Counted from the first letter of the stretch, positions 1 through 10,092 are shown. The stretch: 64,000 nucleotides of DNA from a virus (IMGVR_UViG_3300031999_000001:1-64000), one strand, 5' to 3'. Numbers and translations: made by a program. The notes: generated by a model not told the origin, from the sequence alone.

Positions 1-457
1 AAAAAACACCATCAGCATTAGTTATTTTACTAACACTAAAAGGTTCACCAATTGTTTTATTTTTACAATCAACAACATATGAAATCAAATCATCACCTTC
101 TGGTGTACTAAATAACATAAAAATTATGTCCTGTTTTTCTTTAAGTTCTGAAATTTTAATATCACCATTCCTAACCAGTTTTGACATTTCACTATCAGTA
201 TCCATTTTTACACCATTAGCTTCAATAATAATACCTGCAGCAAGAACTGGATTTTCCTGACAAAAATTTTGTATCATTTTTGCAAAAAATTGTTTATTTT
301 CAGAACAAGAAAAAAGTTCAGACGGTACTGGAATTATCATTGGTTTATTTTCCATATAAAAGAAAAGTATTGGTGTTAAAAAACCATCCTTTTTAAAGTT
401 TGCAATCATTCCTTCTTTAAGGACTTTTTTAAATTCATTTAAATTTTTGCTTTTCAT
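1..457 (-). CDS. hypothetical protein, partial (3' end lies beyond window start)
   Basis: Open minus-strand frame running from the ATG at 457..455 to the window edge; promoter copy A sits just upstream. Confidence 0.35.
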   Translation of the reverse strand, partial: MKSKNLNEFKKVLKEGMIANFKKDGFLTPILFFYMENKPMIIPVPSELFSCSENKQFFAKMIQNFCQENPVLAAGIIIEANGVKMDTDSEMSKLVRNGDIKISELKEKQDIIFMLFSTPEGDDLISYVVDCKNKTIGEPFSVSKITNADGVF

Positions 458-590
458 TTTAATTCGAATTTGTTATATATACCATCTAACATAATATCCA
501 TCAATACCCAAAACAATTTCACCACAACGGATAAATTTTCCTGTGATGCAGTATTGATAAATATGATTTCCAACAATAAACATAATAATT

Positions 591-621
591 GTTATACGAT
601 AAAAATGAAAAAATGTTACAA
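591..621 (-). promoter_or_regulatory. conserved phage promoter-like motif, copy A (TTGTAA-N19-TATAAC)
   Basis: Matches the 9-copy motif with invariant TTTCGTAT; about 130 nt upstream of the ATG at 457. Confidence 0.4.
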
Positions 622-625
622 AAAT

Positions 626-823
626 TTATAGTTTTGTTATTTTATTTACCATCACAACCTTTAATCCATCAAACTTTATTAGATATTCATACATGACTGG
701 ATATTTTACTTTTGCCATTGGTAATTCATCTTCATGATATGCTTTTTTCCAGATAGGTGAACCATTGAGATTATTACGAATGTCTTTATCTTCAATTGGC
801 GAATAAACTTTTACGACTTCCAT
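626..823 (-). CDS. hypothetical protein (65 aa)
   Basis: ORF only; no recognisable motif. Confidence 0.3.
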   Translation of the reverse strand: MEVVKVYSPIEDKDIRNNLNGSPIWKKAYHEDELPMAKVKYPVMYEYLIKFDGLKVVMVNKITKL

Positions 824-905
824 AATTACTGATTTAAATATAATGTAAATGTAATATTATTTTATTTAAATACAAAATATTTTTTTATTGTTTTATTAAT
901 AAAAA

Positions 906-929
906 AAATGGGGCATATTATCCCCATTT
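906..929 (-). terminator. rho-independent terminator-like hairpin (TGGGG-N8-CCCCA)
   Basis: GC stem flanked by an A-tract upstream and a T-rich run downstream, in an intergenic position. Confidence 0.4.
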
Positions 930-962
930 CCTTAATTTCTGTGGAATCATACCACATTTTCT

Positions 963-1142
963 TTATTTTATTGGCTGTCCACTGAGAAATGCAACAATTT
1001 TAACAATCATATTAATGAAATCAACAACAACTATTGTTGACATTCCAATTGTGAAAAGAGCAAGTATTCCAATTCCTAATACAGCAACATTAGATTCAAC
1101 TTGTCTTAATTTTTCCATTAAGATTGACCAAAGTTCTTTCAT
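963..1142 (-). CDS. small membrane protein (59 aa), coupled to the SPFH gene
   Basis: Its ATG lies 3 nt after the SPFH stop. One strongly hydrophobic segment (VAVLGIGILALFTIGMSTIVVV). Absent from the ORF track only because it falls below 60 aa. Confidence 0.35.
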   Translation of the reverse strand: MKELWSILMEKLRQVESNVAVLGIGILALFTIGMSTIVVVDFINMIVKIVAFLSGQPIK

Positions 1143-1144
1143 AA

Positions 1145-2317
1145 TTACTTTTTATTATCAAGTTTATTCATAATATCCAATAGCATATTAACACCAATTG
1201 CATCCATTGGACTTACACCACCTGATTTATCACCACCAGTAACTACAATTGATGGAACATTTACTTTTGCAAGTTGTTCAGCTACGCCAACTTTAATTTT
1301 ATATTCCCATTCCATTTTTTCCTGTGGGGTAAGACCAGCCTGAACTTTCAAACGATTGAATTCATAAATTCCCTGACCTTCATAAATTTTGGCAAGTTTT
1401 TTCTGTTCTTCTTGCTTGGCATTAAGAGTAGCTACTTCATAAAGTTTTTGAGCAATAGTTACTTCTTTAACTTTTTCAACTTCCTGTTCGTATTTAGCCT
1501 TTGCTACGTTAGCCAAACCTTGCTGTTCTGCAGTAAGAGCATCCTGTTTAGCACGAATTGCTTCCTGTTTTGCAAGTTCAGTTTTCATTGCTTCGTCCTT
1601 ACGTTTGGCAATCATTTCCTCTACTTTGGCATCAAATTGAGGTACGTCAATAACACATTCAAGTACTTCACAACCTAATTGCTGTAACCTGTTTGGTGTT
1701 CTTAAAGGCTGTCCATTTTCATCATATACAAGTACGGTTACACGCTGTTCTTCAACATCACCAGTAGATGTAACTTTATTGACTTTATCAGATTTTGTTT
1801 TGTATATACCGTTTCTTAATTGGTCTTCGACTGCCTGTTGAAAAAGAGCAAGTGTGGTATATGCATCTTGTGCCGAACGTAAATTTGCCGATAATTTAAT
1901 AGCATTATTTACAATAGGTACAATACCTGATTGAATAAAATGATCAAAGCCGTTTGCATATTCTCTTTTAAGATTAATAGCACCTTCTGATGTTGCAGGT
2001 AATTTAACCCTGATAAGACCAGAAATTTTGGCTTTTGAACCATCATTAAAAATAACATCAACAGCATCAATATCAGCACTACCGTCACCTTTATGAGTGC
2101 CAATACCGCATGTTGTAACGTTTTTGTATTCGGTAATTGTACCGAACCACTGAAAGTAAGTACCTGCAGCAAATCTGACTGACATGTTACCTGTTATGGC
2201 AGCTTGTTTGACCTGAAAGTAACCAGCTTCATTTGTTTGGAAAATTCCTCTTGCCAATACCAAAAAGATAATAGCAAGCACCACAAAAGCAATCGCAATA
2301 ATTCTTTTCTTTTTCAT
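1145..2317 (-). CDS. SPFH/band-7 (stomatin/prohibitin/flotillin-like) membrane protein
   Basis: N-terminal TM helix followed by an SPFH-like core. The C-terminal half is a long Ala/Glu/Lys/Gln coiled coil (EAIRAKQDALTAEQQGLANVAKAKYEQE), typical of flotillin/YqiK proteins. Confidence 0.7.
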   Translation of the reverse strand: MKKKRIIAIAFVVLAIIFLVLARGIFQTNEAGYFQVKQAAITGNMSVRFAAGTYFQWFGTITEYKNVTTCGIGTHKGDGSADIDAVDVIFNDGSKAKISGLIRVKLPATSEGAINLKREYANGFDHFIQSGIVPIVNNAIKLSANLRSAQDAYTTLALFQQAVEDQLRNGIYKTKSDKVNKVTSTGDVEEQRVTVLVYDENGQPLRTPNRLQQLGCEVLECVIDVPQFDAKVEEMIAKRKDEAMKTELAKQEAIRAKQDALTAEQQGLANVAKAKYEQEVEKVKEVTIAQKLYEVATLNAKQEEQKKLAKIYEGQGIYEFNRLKVQAGLTPQEKMEWEYKIKVGVAEQLAKVNVPSIVVTGGDKSGGVSPMDAIGVNMLLDIMNKLDNKK

Positions 2318-2553
2318 TTGTTTGAATTTAAAAAATTAATAATTAATAGAATTTTAAAATTTGTGAATAATAATTATACTGTTATATCCCTTTTAAACCA
2401 ATAATAAAAAGGTATGAGAGCAAGAAATACATTTATTTCGATTTTTTTGAATATTTGAACACCGAAAAAATGTAAAGCAATAGTTACATAATAAAACAGA
2501 AGTAAAAAAATAATCGCTTCGATACAAAATTGAATTAACATAGCTTTTAAGAT

Positions 2554-3075
2554 TTAGTTATTAATCGTTTCAAAATAAATTGCATTCATATTACTATCAA
2601 GATATCCCACCACATTCAAATCCATATCACAATCATATCCACCATCAAGGTCATAAGTTACATTATACGTTAACTCCACAATAAGGTAATTACAATGTGG
2701 AAATCTAAAATATGATATGTTTTCTTCATTTTCGGGGGTGAAGTTAGATAATATTTTTTTAAAATCCAAATTTTTTAACAAATTTTCCATACCAGCATTA
2801 CTAATTTCTTCTCTCAAAGTAGCGTCAAGTGTCTCAATATTAAAGTATAGGTATTTTTCATTTTTATTATCATTTTGAAAACAACCGACAAACTGATGAA
2901 ACCATTCAGCATCTGCAATTTGATTATGTGCTTCCTTATTTGTATTAATAGTAAATTTTGGAAGATAATCAAATACTTTTTCTGATCTTGGATGACCTTG
3001 CCTGAGATTATAGATAAAACGTTCTGAAATCTCGTATAGCTCAACACCAAGTAATGTTTTTAATTTAGTTATCAT
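2554..3075 (-). CDS. hypothetical protein
   Basis: ORF only. Confidence 0.4.
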   Translation of the reverse strand: MITKLKTLLGVELYEISERFIYNLRQGHPRSEKVFDYLPKFTINTNKEAHNQIADAEWFHQFVGCFQNDNKNEKYLYFNIETLDATLREEISNAGMENLLKNLDFKKILSNFTPENEENISYFRFPHCNYLIVELTYNVTYDLDGGYDCDMDLNVVGYLDSNMNAIYFETINN

Positions 3076-3880
3076 TTTTTGGTTCTTTTAATATTTTAAT
3101 AATATCTTCAATAGGTGTTGTTTTATTGATTTCATTACATTGACTCCATTTGTTGAATTCTCCAAAATAATCAAAAAGAATATTATCACAACCATTATAA
3201 TATCCCATAAAAGTATTGTTTTTTGAAGAATAACCAATTTTCTTACCATATCCATAAGCGATTGCAATTTCACCTTCTTCTTCATTAACACTAACATCTT
3301 GTCCTGTATAGGCAGCAGCAGTTGAAAGTAAGGATGATATGAAATTAATATTTTTGCTTTTTACATTAACAATAAATCCATTAGAACGTAATGCATCTGT
3401 TAAATTTTTACTAAATTCACATGTATTGAAATTCTTAGAGAAATTAGGGTCACTAATTTCAAATTTAATATTGAATTTGTTTTCCTTTTTAATTTTAAAT
3501 TGATATGAAAGATCAATTTTTTTGCCGGGATGATACCAACTTTTGTTAAAATCAACAATAGTACCTGCTGGAATATTCATACAATTCAATGTTCTTCTAA
3601 TACAAGACTTTAAACTAATGTCTTTCCAACGTGTCCAATACAACATACAATTCTTATAATAATTATGTATAGTATCAATAAATCTGATATCGGTATAATA
3701 ACAAGGCAATCCCTTATATAATTTTTCTTCTTCAATTTCCGAATTATAGACAAAGTTATGTGATTTGCAGTATGCAAAATCTCCCTCAATTTCAATGGAA
3801 TTAAATCTATTTACTCTATATCCTTTTGGTGCTTGATGTCCTAATTTATTTTGTTTCATTATTATTTGTTTTAGTATCAA
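3065..3880 (-). CDS. hypothetical protein
   Basis: ORF only. Confidence 0.4.
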   Translation of the reverse strand: MILKQIIMKQNKLGHQAPKGYRVNRFNSIEIEGDFAYCKSHNFVYNSEIEEEKLYKGLPCYYTDIRFIDTIHNYYKNCMLYWTRWKDISLKSCIRRTLNCMNIPAGTIVDFNKSWYHPGKKIDLSYQFKIKKENKFNIKFEISDPNFSKNFNTCEFSKNLTDALRSNGFIVNVKSKNINFISSLLSTAAAYTGQDVSVNEEEGEIAIAYGYGKKIGYSSKNNTFMGYYNGCDNILFDYFGEFNKWSQCNEINKTTPIEDIIKILKEPKNDN

Positions 3881-3966
3881 AAATGGAAATGTTTGTTCCT
3901 AATATAATATGTGGAACATATTTAGGATACCATCTTTCTTTGCCCTTTCTACCAATTAATATTTTT

Positions 3967-4263
3967 TTATCTTTCCTTTTCATAATCTTCAATTTCCATA
4001 TTCATTGCGCCTCCATCAACGGTAAACCAAGCCTTGCATATTAATAAATTAATTCCAAACATATGCACATTAACCATATTATCTTTCCAATCTAATATGT
4101 CATGAAAATCTTTTTCACCAATTGCTTTATTATGTTTATACCAAAATCCCAATTCCCATTCACGCCACGTGGAATCATCATAAAAATCTTCTTTCTTTTC
4201 AAATCTGTGACGAAATACAAATGTGAAATTTAATTTTCCTATTTTTAAATGTCCAATCGCCAT
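3967..4263 (-). CDS. hypothetical protein
   Basis: ORF only. Confidence 0.3.
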   Translation of the reverse strand: MAIGHLKIGKLNFTFVFRHRFEKKEDFYDDSTWREWELGFWYKHNKAIGEKDFHDILDWKDNMVNVHMFGINLLICKAWFTVDGGAMNMEIEDYEKER

Positions 4264-4264
4264 A

Positions 4265-4642
4265 TTATCTGTATTTTGTTATAAAGTAAAAATTGAATTT
4301 GCCTTCCAAATTAAAATGTTTTTTCACCGAACCTTCGATATATTCTTTTTCAATATCTGTTAATTCAGGTATTGTAATTGGTTTGCCTGAACCTAAATAT
4401 TCACCATCACTTGATTTATCTAATATTCTGCCAATAATTATAAATTTGCCATCACGACCAGCAGATAAACAAAAAATTCCTTCTTTATGTTTAATTTTTG
4501 TATCAAAAGCACTATCATCCATAAATTCTTCGAAAGTTTCATTAAAACTTTTTTCAGTTTTTTCTTGCCATTCATTGCGCCACGTATATGGAACTAATAT
4601 TCCATACATAAAATATTGATTAATTTGTGTACTCATTTGCAC
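4265..4642 (-). CDS. hypothetical protein
   Basis: ORF only. Confidence 0.35.
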   Translation of the reverse strand: MQMSTQINQYFMYGILVPYTWRNEWQEKTEKSFNETFEEFMDDSAFDTKIKHKEGIFCLSAGRDGKFIIIGRILDKSSDGEYLGSGKPITIPELTDIEKEYIEGSVKKHFNLEGKFNFYFITKYR

Positions 4643-5055
4643 ATTTCTTTAAGTTCTTCAAATGTCGGTTTTGTATCTTCGGGCACAAAAAATTCCACAC
4701 CTTCATATATTTCTTCTTGTGTGATTATATAATTTGGGTCAGTTCTATCAACATATTTTAATACGGGTTTATCATTTTCCATATGTAGATATGCGCTATT
4801 ATATGGTGCACCATCCATGATAAAATGGTCAACATCGGAAGAATGACAGAAATGTGGTTCTTTATCAAGCAATTTTTGAATTATAAATTTACGCATATCA
4901 TACCAGTCTTTTATAAAATTGCCTGTTTTGAAAAGTTTCTTTTTATTGTTGCCATAGGAAATTCTAACGGATTCATATCCTAAATCCTTTTTATTTCCAT
5001 CAGTGTAGTTAATTCCAATTACAGCCATAGTTATTTTATTAAATTTACAAACCAT
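4633..5055 (-). CDS. hypothetical protein
   Basis: ORF only. Confidence 0.35.
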   Translation of the reverse strand: MVCKFNKITMAVIGINYTDGNKKDLGYESVRISYGNNKKKLFKTGNFIKDWYDMRKFIIQKLLDKEPHFCHSSDVDHFIMDGAPYNSAYLHMENDKPVLKYVDRTDPNYIITQEEIYEGVEFFVPEDTKPTFEELKEMCK

Positions 5056-5579
5056 TCGAAATTTTCAATGGATTTATCACCAGTTTCATTATCACAACGA
5101 TAAAATTTAACATATAAGTCCAAACAATTTTCAATCATCAGTGCTTGAATGAGATTAGTTGCACGCTTTTTGGCTTTATACCAATCACCATGTCTTCCAC
5201 CTGCAGACCATGCGTTATATGCATCATCATGATATTGAATAACTTGTAAAACATCTTGATGAATTGGAAATTTTTCAGCAAATCTTCTGGCAATCATACC
5301 ATGATGATTTTCACCAGTTTTTGGTAAATTCTGATTTACCTTATGTTTGAAAGTGTCATGAAGTATTGCAATTAAACGCAATTCTGCTCTTTCATTATCA
5401 TCTTTATAGTACTTGTCGATGTTATCGAGCACTTGCTCGATGTGATAAATCACCTGACCTTCTGGATGTCCGGGTCTTTTTTTTCCATAATTTGCACCAG
5501 TAATAAATGTATTATCATTACAAATTGCTATTTCAATTCCATTTTCTGGTTTAATAATATTTTTAATTAATTCATTCAT
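5031..5579 (-). CDS. HD-domain phosphohydrolase-like protein
   Basis: His/Asp pattern H..H ... HD ... HH ... HDD (YHIEQV, ILHDTFK, ENHHG, QYHDDAY) consistent with the HD metal-dependent phosphohydrolase fold. Size (~180 aa) is like the small phage dNTP hydrolases. Confidence 0.45.
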   Translation of the reverse strand: MNELIKNIIKPENGIEIAICNDNTFITGANYGKKRPGHPEGQVIYHIEQVLDNIDKYYKDDNERAELRLIAILHDTFKHKVNQNLPKTGENHHGMIARRFAEKFPIHQDVLQVIQYHDDAYNAWSAGGRHGDWYKAKKRATNLIQALMIENCLDLYVKFYRCDNETGDKSIENFEWFVNLIK

Positions 5580-5581
5580 TT

Positions 5582-5866
5582 TTACAATTTTTCATCAATA
5601 TGCATTATTGTGAATTTCTCCAATTGTGGCGAACCACAACCAACAGCTATACCATCAAATGGTTTTAACCACTTAATTATTTCCTCTTTATCTCCTTCAA
5701 TAACAACACTATCACCATACATCACCATACCCACTTCGTTGGATGAAAAAACAAATCCCTTTTTGCTGGGAAATATTACACCGATTCTACCAAAATTAAA
5801 ATTAATTTTAATTGTATCTGGCATTGTTGCCTTTATTTCTGATGTGAGTAGTAGATCAATTATCAT
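5582..5866 (-). CDS. hypothetical protein
   Basis: ORF only; promoter copy B lies immediately upstream. Confidence 0.3.
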   Translation of the reverse strand: MIIDLLLTSEIKATMPDTIKINFNFGRIGVIFPSKKGFVFSSNEVGMVMYGDSVVIEGDKEEIIKWLKPFDGIAVGCGSPQLEKFTIMHIDEKL

Positions 5867-5888
5867 AATATTGTTTTTCCGTTCTACA

Positions 5889-5919
5889 AGTATACGAAAA
5901 ATAAATTGAAAGGTTACAA
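5889..5919 (-). promoter_or_regulatory. conserved phage promoter-like motif, copy B (TTGTAA-N19-TATACT)
   Basis: Invariant TTTCGTAT core; 23 nt upstream of the ATG at 5866. Confidence 0.45.
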
Positions 5920-6154
5920 ATTTTGTTGATTTTTTTTATTTTATATTATTTTTCTTTTTAAAATATGGTTTCAAATCTTCTTTTGTAATTTTACCTGCTT
6001 CAAGCATTGCTTTAATAAAATGTTTTGCCTGTGTATTATAAAGTTTTCTCACACGAATTGTCTCTTGCAAAGCAGTACATCTTTTTTCATACGATTAATG
6101 TCTTTTTGAAGACTTGAACGTGTTTTATCATCACCAGTTTTCATATGTTTAAAT

Positions 6155-6907
6155 TTAATTTTTTTTCATTAAATATTTTAAATAACCAATATATCCTTTT
6201 AATTTTTCTTTTCCTCTTAATTCTTTTTTATTTAATCTATAATAAAAAAATAATTGAAAATAATAAGGAAGTCTTTGCATTAACATATTTCCATATCTGT
6301 CAGCATCATTTTCCGTATGTTCCATACCCATTGTCTTTATTGCAAAATGATGACCAAGTTCATGAAAGAATGTATAATAATAACTTTCCATTCCGAGTTT
6401 TTTTAATTCATTATCACACAATAAGATTCTTGGAAGTATGAAATTTTCTTTATTTCCAACTGTTTTATAACCAACAAATTCACATAATTCTTTATATGAC
6501 ATTTTATATTTAATTTCCAGTTCTTCAATATCAATAAGTAATTTGTTTAATGTTTGCTGATATTCTTGATTTATACTATAAATATATTTACCCAAAGATT
6601 TCTTATTTTCATCAGTAACATTAACATTTATTTCTTCATATGTTTTATGAAAAACTTTTATGTTTTCTTCATTACATATATTTTGTAAGGTGTTTTCAAT
6701 AATTGCCAGAAGTTTTGGATGATTATTAAAATTAAAACTTAAAAAATATAAATCAATATCAATAAAAACAATCATAAGACTACAAATTCCTAAACTTATG
6801 ATAATAATTCCTAACATTATACAAATAATTATTGTTTCCATTACATTAATCAGTATTATAATTTTCAAAATTCTGAACCCTGTAATAATAATCAATAGCA
6901 TTATCAA
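6155..6907 (-). CDS. membrane-anchored zinc metalloprotease (HExxH)
   Basis: Two N-terminal hydrophobic helices plus a HELGHH zincin motif (FFHELGHHFAIK) in the C-terminal domain. Confidence 0.45.
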   Translation of the reverse strand: MIMLLIIITGFRILKIIILINVMETIIICIMLGIIIISLGICSLMIVFIDIDLYFLSFNFNNHPKLLAIIENTLQNICNEENIKVFHKTYEEINVNVTDENKKSLGKYIYSINQEYQQTLNKLLIDIEELEIKYKMSYKELCEFVGYKTVGNKENFILPRILLCDNELKKLGMESYYYTFFHELGHHFAIKTMGMEHTENDADRYGNMLMQRLPYYFQLFFYYRLNKKELRGKEKLKGYIGYLKYLMKKN

Positions 6908-7343
6908 GATTGGCTAACCACATAACTTCCTTTAAATCAATATTATTTGCTAACATAACAATACCTTTCTTTGTATTTTTTGTTAATTTTTTTAATAGTT
7001 CAAAATTATTATCTGTTCTGTTTTCACCAAGAAAAATTGTCATAATATTTTGTGGTTTACCAATATCAATTACAGGTTTTCTTTTTATTTTAATTGGTAT
7101 CATTCGTTGATATTTTGGATTAATAACATTATTATCCACATCATACATAAATGATTGTTCACACACAAATTTGATTTTATTTAATTGAATTTGATTTTCT
7201 AAAAGAATGTTTTTACATGATTTAATTAATGTTATTTGATTATCAGTTAATTTATTATTATTCAAAGTAATTATTTTATATTTCTCAGACTTAAATTTCT
7301 TTTGAAATTTAATAAATGGAAATTTATTTGTAATAATAATCAT
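6846..7343 (-). CDS. hypothetical protein
   Basis: ORF only. Confidence 0.3.
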   Translation of the reverse strand: MIIITNKFPFIKFQKKFKSEKYKIITLNNNKLTDNQITLIKSCKNILLENQIQLNKIKFVCEQSFMYDVDNNVINPKYQRMIPIKIKRKPVIDIGKPQNIMTIFLGENRTDNNFELLKKLTKNTKKGIVMLANNIDLKEVMWLANLDNAIDYYYRVQNFENYNTD

Positions 7344-7345
7344 AA

Positions 7346-7630
7346 TTATTCTGTCCTATATATTTTTCTAAAATTAGTTACATATAATAATTTACCGTTA
7401 CTATACATACCATCAATAAGAACTTTGAATTCATATCTATCTGTTTTTGAAATAATTGTACTTTTTAAAATTTCAAATAATTCTGTGTTTTCAATAGTCA
7501 TTAATCTATGTTTATGATTTTCATTTTCGGCAATATATGAACAATAGGTTTTGGGTGTTCTTCCATATCCTGCTCTCCTGATAAATTTCCATGTTATTTG
7601 AAGTGTTTCTTTGTCCATTTTAATTATCAA
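7346..7630 (-). CDS. hypothetical protein
   Basis: ORF only. Confidence 0.3.
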   Translation of the reverse strand: MIIKMDKETLQITWKFIRRAGYGRTPKTYCSYIAENENHKHRLMTIENTELFEILKSTIISKTDRYEFKVLIDGMYSNGKLLYVTNFRKIYRTE

Positions 7631-9035
7631 TATTAGTTGTTAATACCGTTGCAGTCATACTTGGTCTGGTGAGTGCTACATATTTTAATTGATTGCGTTC
7701 CTTTAAAATCCAATTTTCATTTATGTCATTTTCCATTACCATAACATGTTGATATGTAGAACCTTGTACTTTATGGCAAGTTATAGCCAGTCCATAATCA
7801 AGGTCTTTATTTATAACATCACCACTGCCTCTAAGCATTCCATTCCTATATCTGTCTATGGTTTTCATTAAAAGATTACAGCGTCTGAAATCATAATATT
7901 TTATCCATAATTTTTTATTAGTTTTTCCCATGTCTCTGAAAAAATCATGCATTTCTGCATAATGATGAAGAATTTCATGATCATTAGCATTAATTATAAA
8001 AACATTCTGATATTTAAATTTACCACGTGCAAGATTTTCTTTTAATTTAACATTATAACCTTTGATATCATATTTATTTTCTTCCAACCCAGATTTTTCA
8101 ATAACACGGTAATCAGCAGAATTTTCAATAATATTATACTTTTGACTTTCATTACTAATGCTTCTGTAACCCATAAGAACATCACCAACCTCAATAATAT
8201 CTGTTTTTTCACCAAATAATGCGGTTCTAATGACTTTATTAGCTGCCATAACAGTATCATTCTTCCATGCGATTACCTTTACATAATCGGTGTCTTTTTT
8301 GAATTCATCAGAATTGAATTTATCAAGTATTGCTTTACGAAATTCTCTTTTATCAACAGTAAATATTACACCTTCACCTAAATCATTCATAACGCTTTTT
8401 CTTTTAAAACCGCCATCAAGTCTGTTGAGATTATTCCTTAAGGCATCATAAACAAATGCCAGAGGATTAGTATCGTTTTGTCTTTCAATTTTTGTAAGTT
8501 GATGAAATTCATTTGTTTCCTGACTAAACACAACACTTTCTTTTTCACCCACCGGGGGAATTTGTGCCGGGTCGCCCATGAATAATATTTTAGTACGACT
8601 ATTTTTAGTTTGGTCAAGAATCAAATCATATAATTCCTGATTAATCATAGATGCTTCATCAATAATAACAAAATTATAATCTGTAATTTTCGGTACAGCA
8701 ATAGGATTAAATTTAGGGTCATTAGGATTAAAATTATCCAGATCAACATCAGGTCTTAATCCAAGCAAAGCATGTAATGTTTGACCCTCTTTACCAGTAA
8801 AATTCATTACAACCTTTTTGGCTTTATGCGTTGGTGCTGAAACTACAACACCATAATGATAAGTATCAAGTATTTTTTTAATGATGGTTGATTTGCCGGT
8901 CCCCGCATAACCCGCTAATATAAAGAAAGTCTGACCATTTTTTAACCAACGCTTAATTTTCACCAAACCGTCAAATTGTTCGTCATTAAAAGTAATTATC
9001 TTACCTGTTGGTAATTGTAATTGATTTTCATCCAT
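7620..9035 (-). CDS. dda: SF1 DNA helicase, Dda/RecD-like
   Basis: Walker A GYAGTGKST, Walker B VIIDEASM, motif III GDPAQIPPV, and motif VI ITCHKVQGSTY. These are characteristic of RecD/Dda (AAA_30/UvrD_C_2) helicases. Confidence 0.8.
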   Translation of the reverse strand: MDENQLQLPTGKIITFNDEQFDGLVKIKRWLKNGQTFFILAGYAGTGKSTIIKKILDTYHYGVVVSAPTHKAKKVVMNFTGKEGQTLHALLGLRPDVDLDNFNPNDPKFNPIAVPKITDYNFVIIDEASMINQELYDLILDQTKNSRTKILFMGDPAQIPPVGEKESVVFSQETNEFHQLTKIERQNDTNPLAFVYDALRNNLNRLDGGFKRKSVMNDLGEGVIFTVDKREFRKAILDKFNSDEFKKDTDYVKVIAWKNDTVMAANKVIRTALFGEKTDIIEVGDVLMGYRSISNESQKYNIIENSADYRVIEKSGLEENKYDIKGYNVKLKENLARGKFKYQNVFIINANDHEILHHYAEMHDFFRDMGKTNKKLWIKYYDFRRCNLLMKTIDRYRNGMLRGSGDVINKDLDYGLAITCHKVQGSTYQHVMVMENDINENWILKERNQLKYVALTRPSMTATVLTTNIDN

Positions 9036-9301
9036 TATTCTTTTTTTGCAGATTTAATTATTTTTATAAGTTTTCTAATTTGTTTTGCCTTATAAAATTT
9101 TCCAATTTCTGGTTGTTCATAAAATTCAACAAAATATGAACCATCAATACGTTCATCATTTGTGTTTGAAAGAAATATATCCGTTTTATTTAATCTATAA
9201 ATAAAATAATGATATGTATTTTTTTGTCCGCTTTCTATAGGCTTTATTGTAATTTTTTTAAAACCCAAAGACATTAATTTTTTTTCTGTTAATTTTTTCA
9301 T
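9035..9301 (-). CDS. hypothetical protein
   Basis: ORF only. Confidence 0.3.
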   Translation of the reverse strand: MKKLTEKKLMSLGFKKITIKPIESGQKNTYHYFIYRLNKTDIFLSNTNDERIDGSYFVEFYEQPEIGKFYKAKQIRKLIKIIKSAKKE

Positions 9302-9810
9302 TAATTATTTTTTATTAATTTTTGTTTGAGCGACCAAATTCTCATGCAACCTAATTTTGCTATTTTCAATTGTTCTTTTTCCGTTAGTTTCCTTGCCATT
9401 CTAATTCTTTTTGATTCCCTTTTTATGTGTGCGCCTAATTGTTCCCTATCATTATAATCAGTCCATCTGTAACAAGTTATTATACCTGCGCCTTCTGGAA
9501 CTATGTCTTTACAACTTTCATACAGATTTTCAGGAAATGCAAAGTATAATTCTGTTATTCTATTTTGTCTGTCATGATGATTATGTCCTTTTTTAAAATC
9601 TGCAAGTAAGTCTGACTTACTTCTTTTAATTTCTACTTCTACCGCAACACCACTTTTTTTAATAATAAAAATATCACACTCATGCATTCCAAAACCCCAA
9701 CTGATATTTGGTACTATTATATTTTGTCTAATTCCAAAATATTTTGCAATTGCCACTTCCATTTCCATTGTTGTAAGTGGTTTTGTTTTAATCTTTTTTT
9801 GAACAGTCAC
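9301..9810 (-). CDS. possible PD-(D/E)xK-fold nuclease-like protein
   Basis: ECDIF ... VEVEIK arrangement resembles a D-x(n)-E-x-K active site; weak. Confidence 0.25.
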   Translation of the reverse strand: MTVQKKIKTKPLTTMEMEVAIAKYFGIRQNIIVPNISWGFGMHECDIFIIKKSGVAVEVEIKRSKSDLLADFKKGHNHHDRQNRITELYFAFPENLYESCKDIVPEGAGIITCYRWTDYNDREQLGAHIKRESKRIRMARKLTEKEQLKIAKLGCMRIWSLKQKLIKNN

Positions 9811-10075
9811 GATTCATTTGCATTGTCTTTAAAATTATTTTTCTTTCGGTTTTAATCTTTTTAACTTTTTCTTGCCAGTAAAGACCGCAAATAGCACGAA
9901 ATTGAAATTCAGTGCCATAATCAATGAGTTCATTTTCCAAATCCACTTCAATATTAAAACCTTTTTCTTTTAGAAATTCTTCAAGTAACAACATGATTGT
10001 TGTTTTACCTGCTCCTGCTTCTCCCGATATTATTATTTGTAATTCTTTCATATTTTTTTTGATTTTTATAATCAT
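9788..10075 (-). CDS. small P-loop NTPase (95 aa)
   Basis: Walker A GEAGAGKTT near the N-terminus; too short for a confident family call. Confidence 0.3.
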   Translation of the reverse strand: MIIKIKKNMKELQIIISGEAGAGKTTIMLLLEEFLKEKGFNIEVDLENELIDYGTEFQFRAICGLYWQEKVKKIKTERKIILKTMQMNRDCSKKD

Positions 10076-10092
10076 TTAAGATAAATTTATAA

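Noticed and set aside
1274-1678. Plus-strand ORF (134 aa, Phe/Leu/Asn-rich) antisense to the SPFH gene
   Set aside because: Low-complexity F/L/I/N composition from AT-rich antisense sequence, overlapping a well-supported gene. This is a spurious antisense frame.
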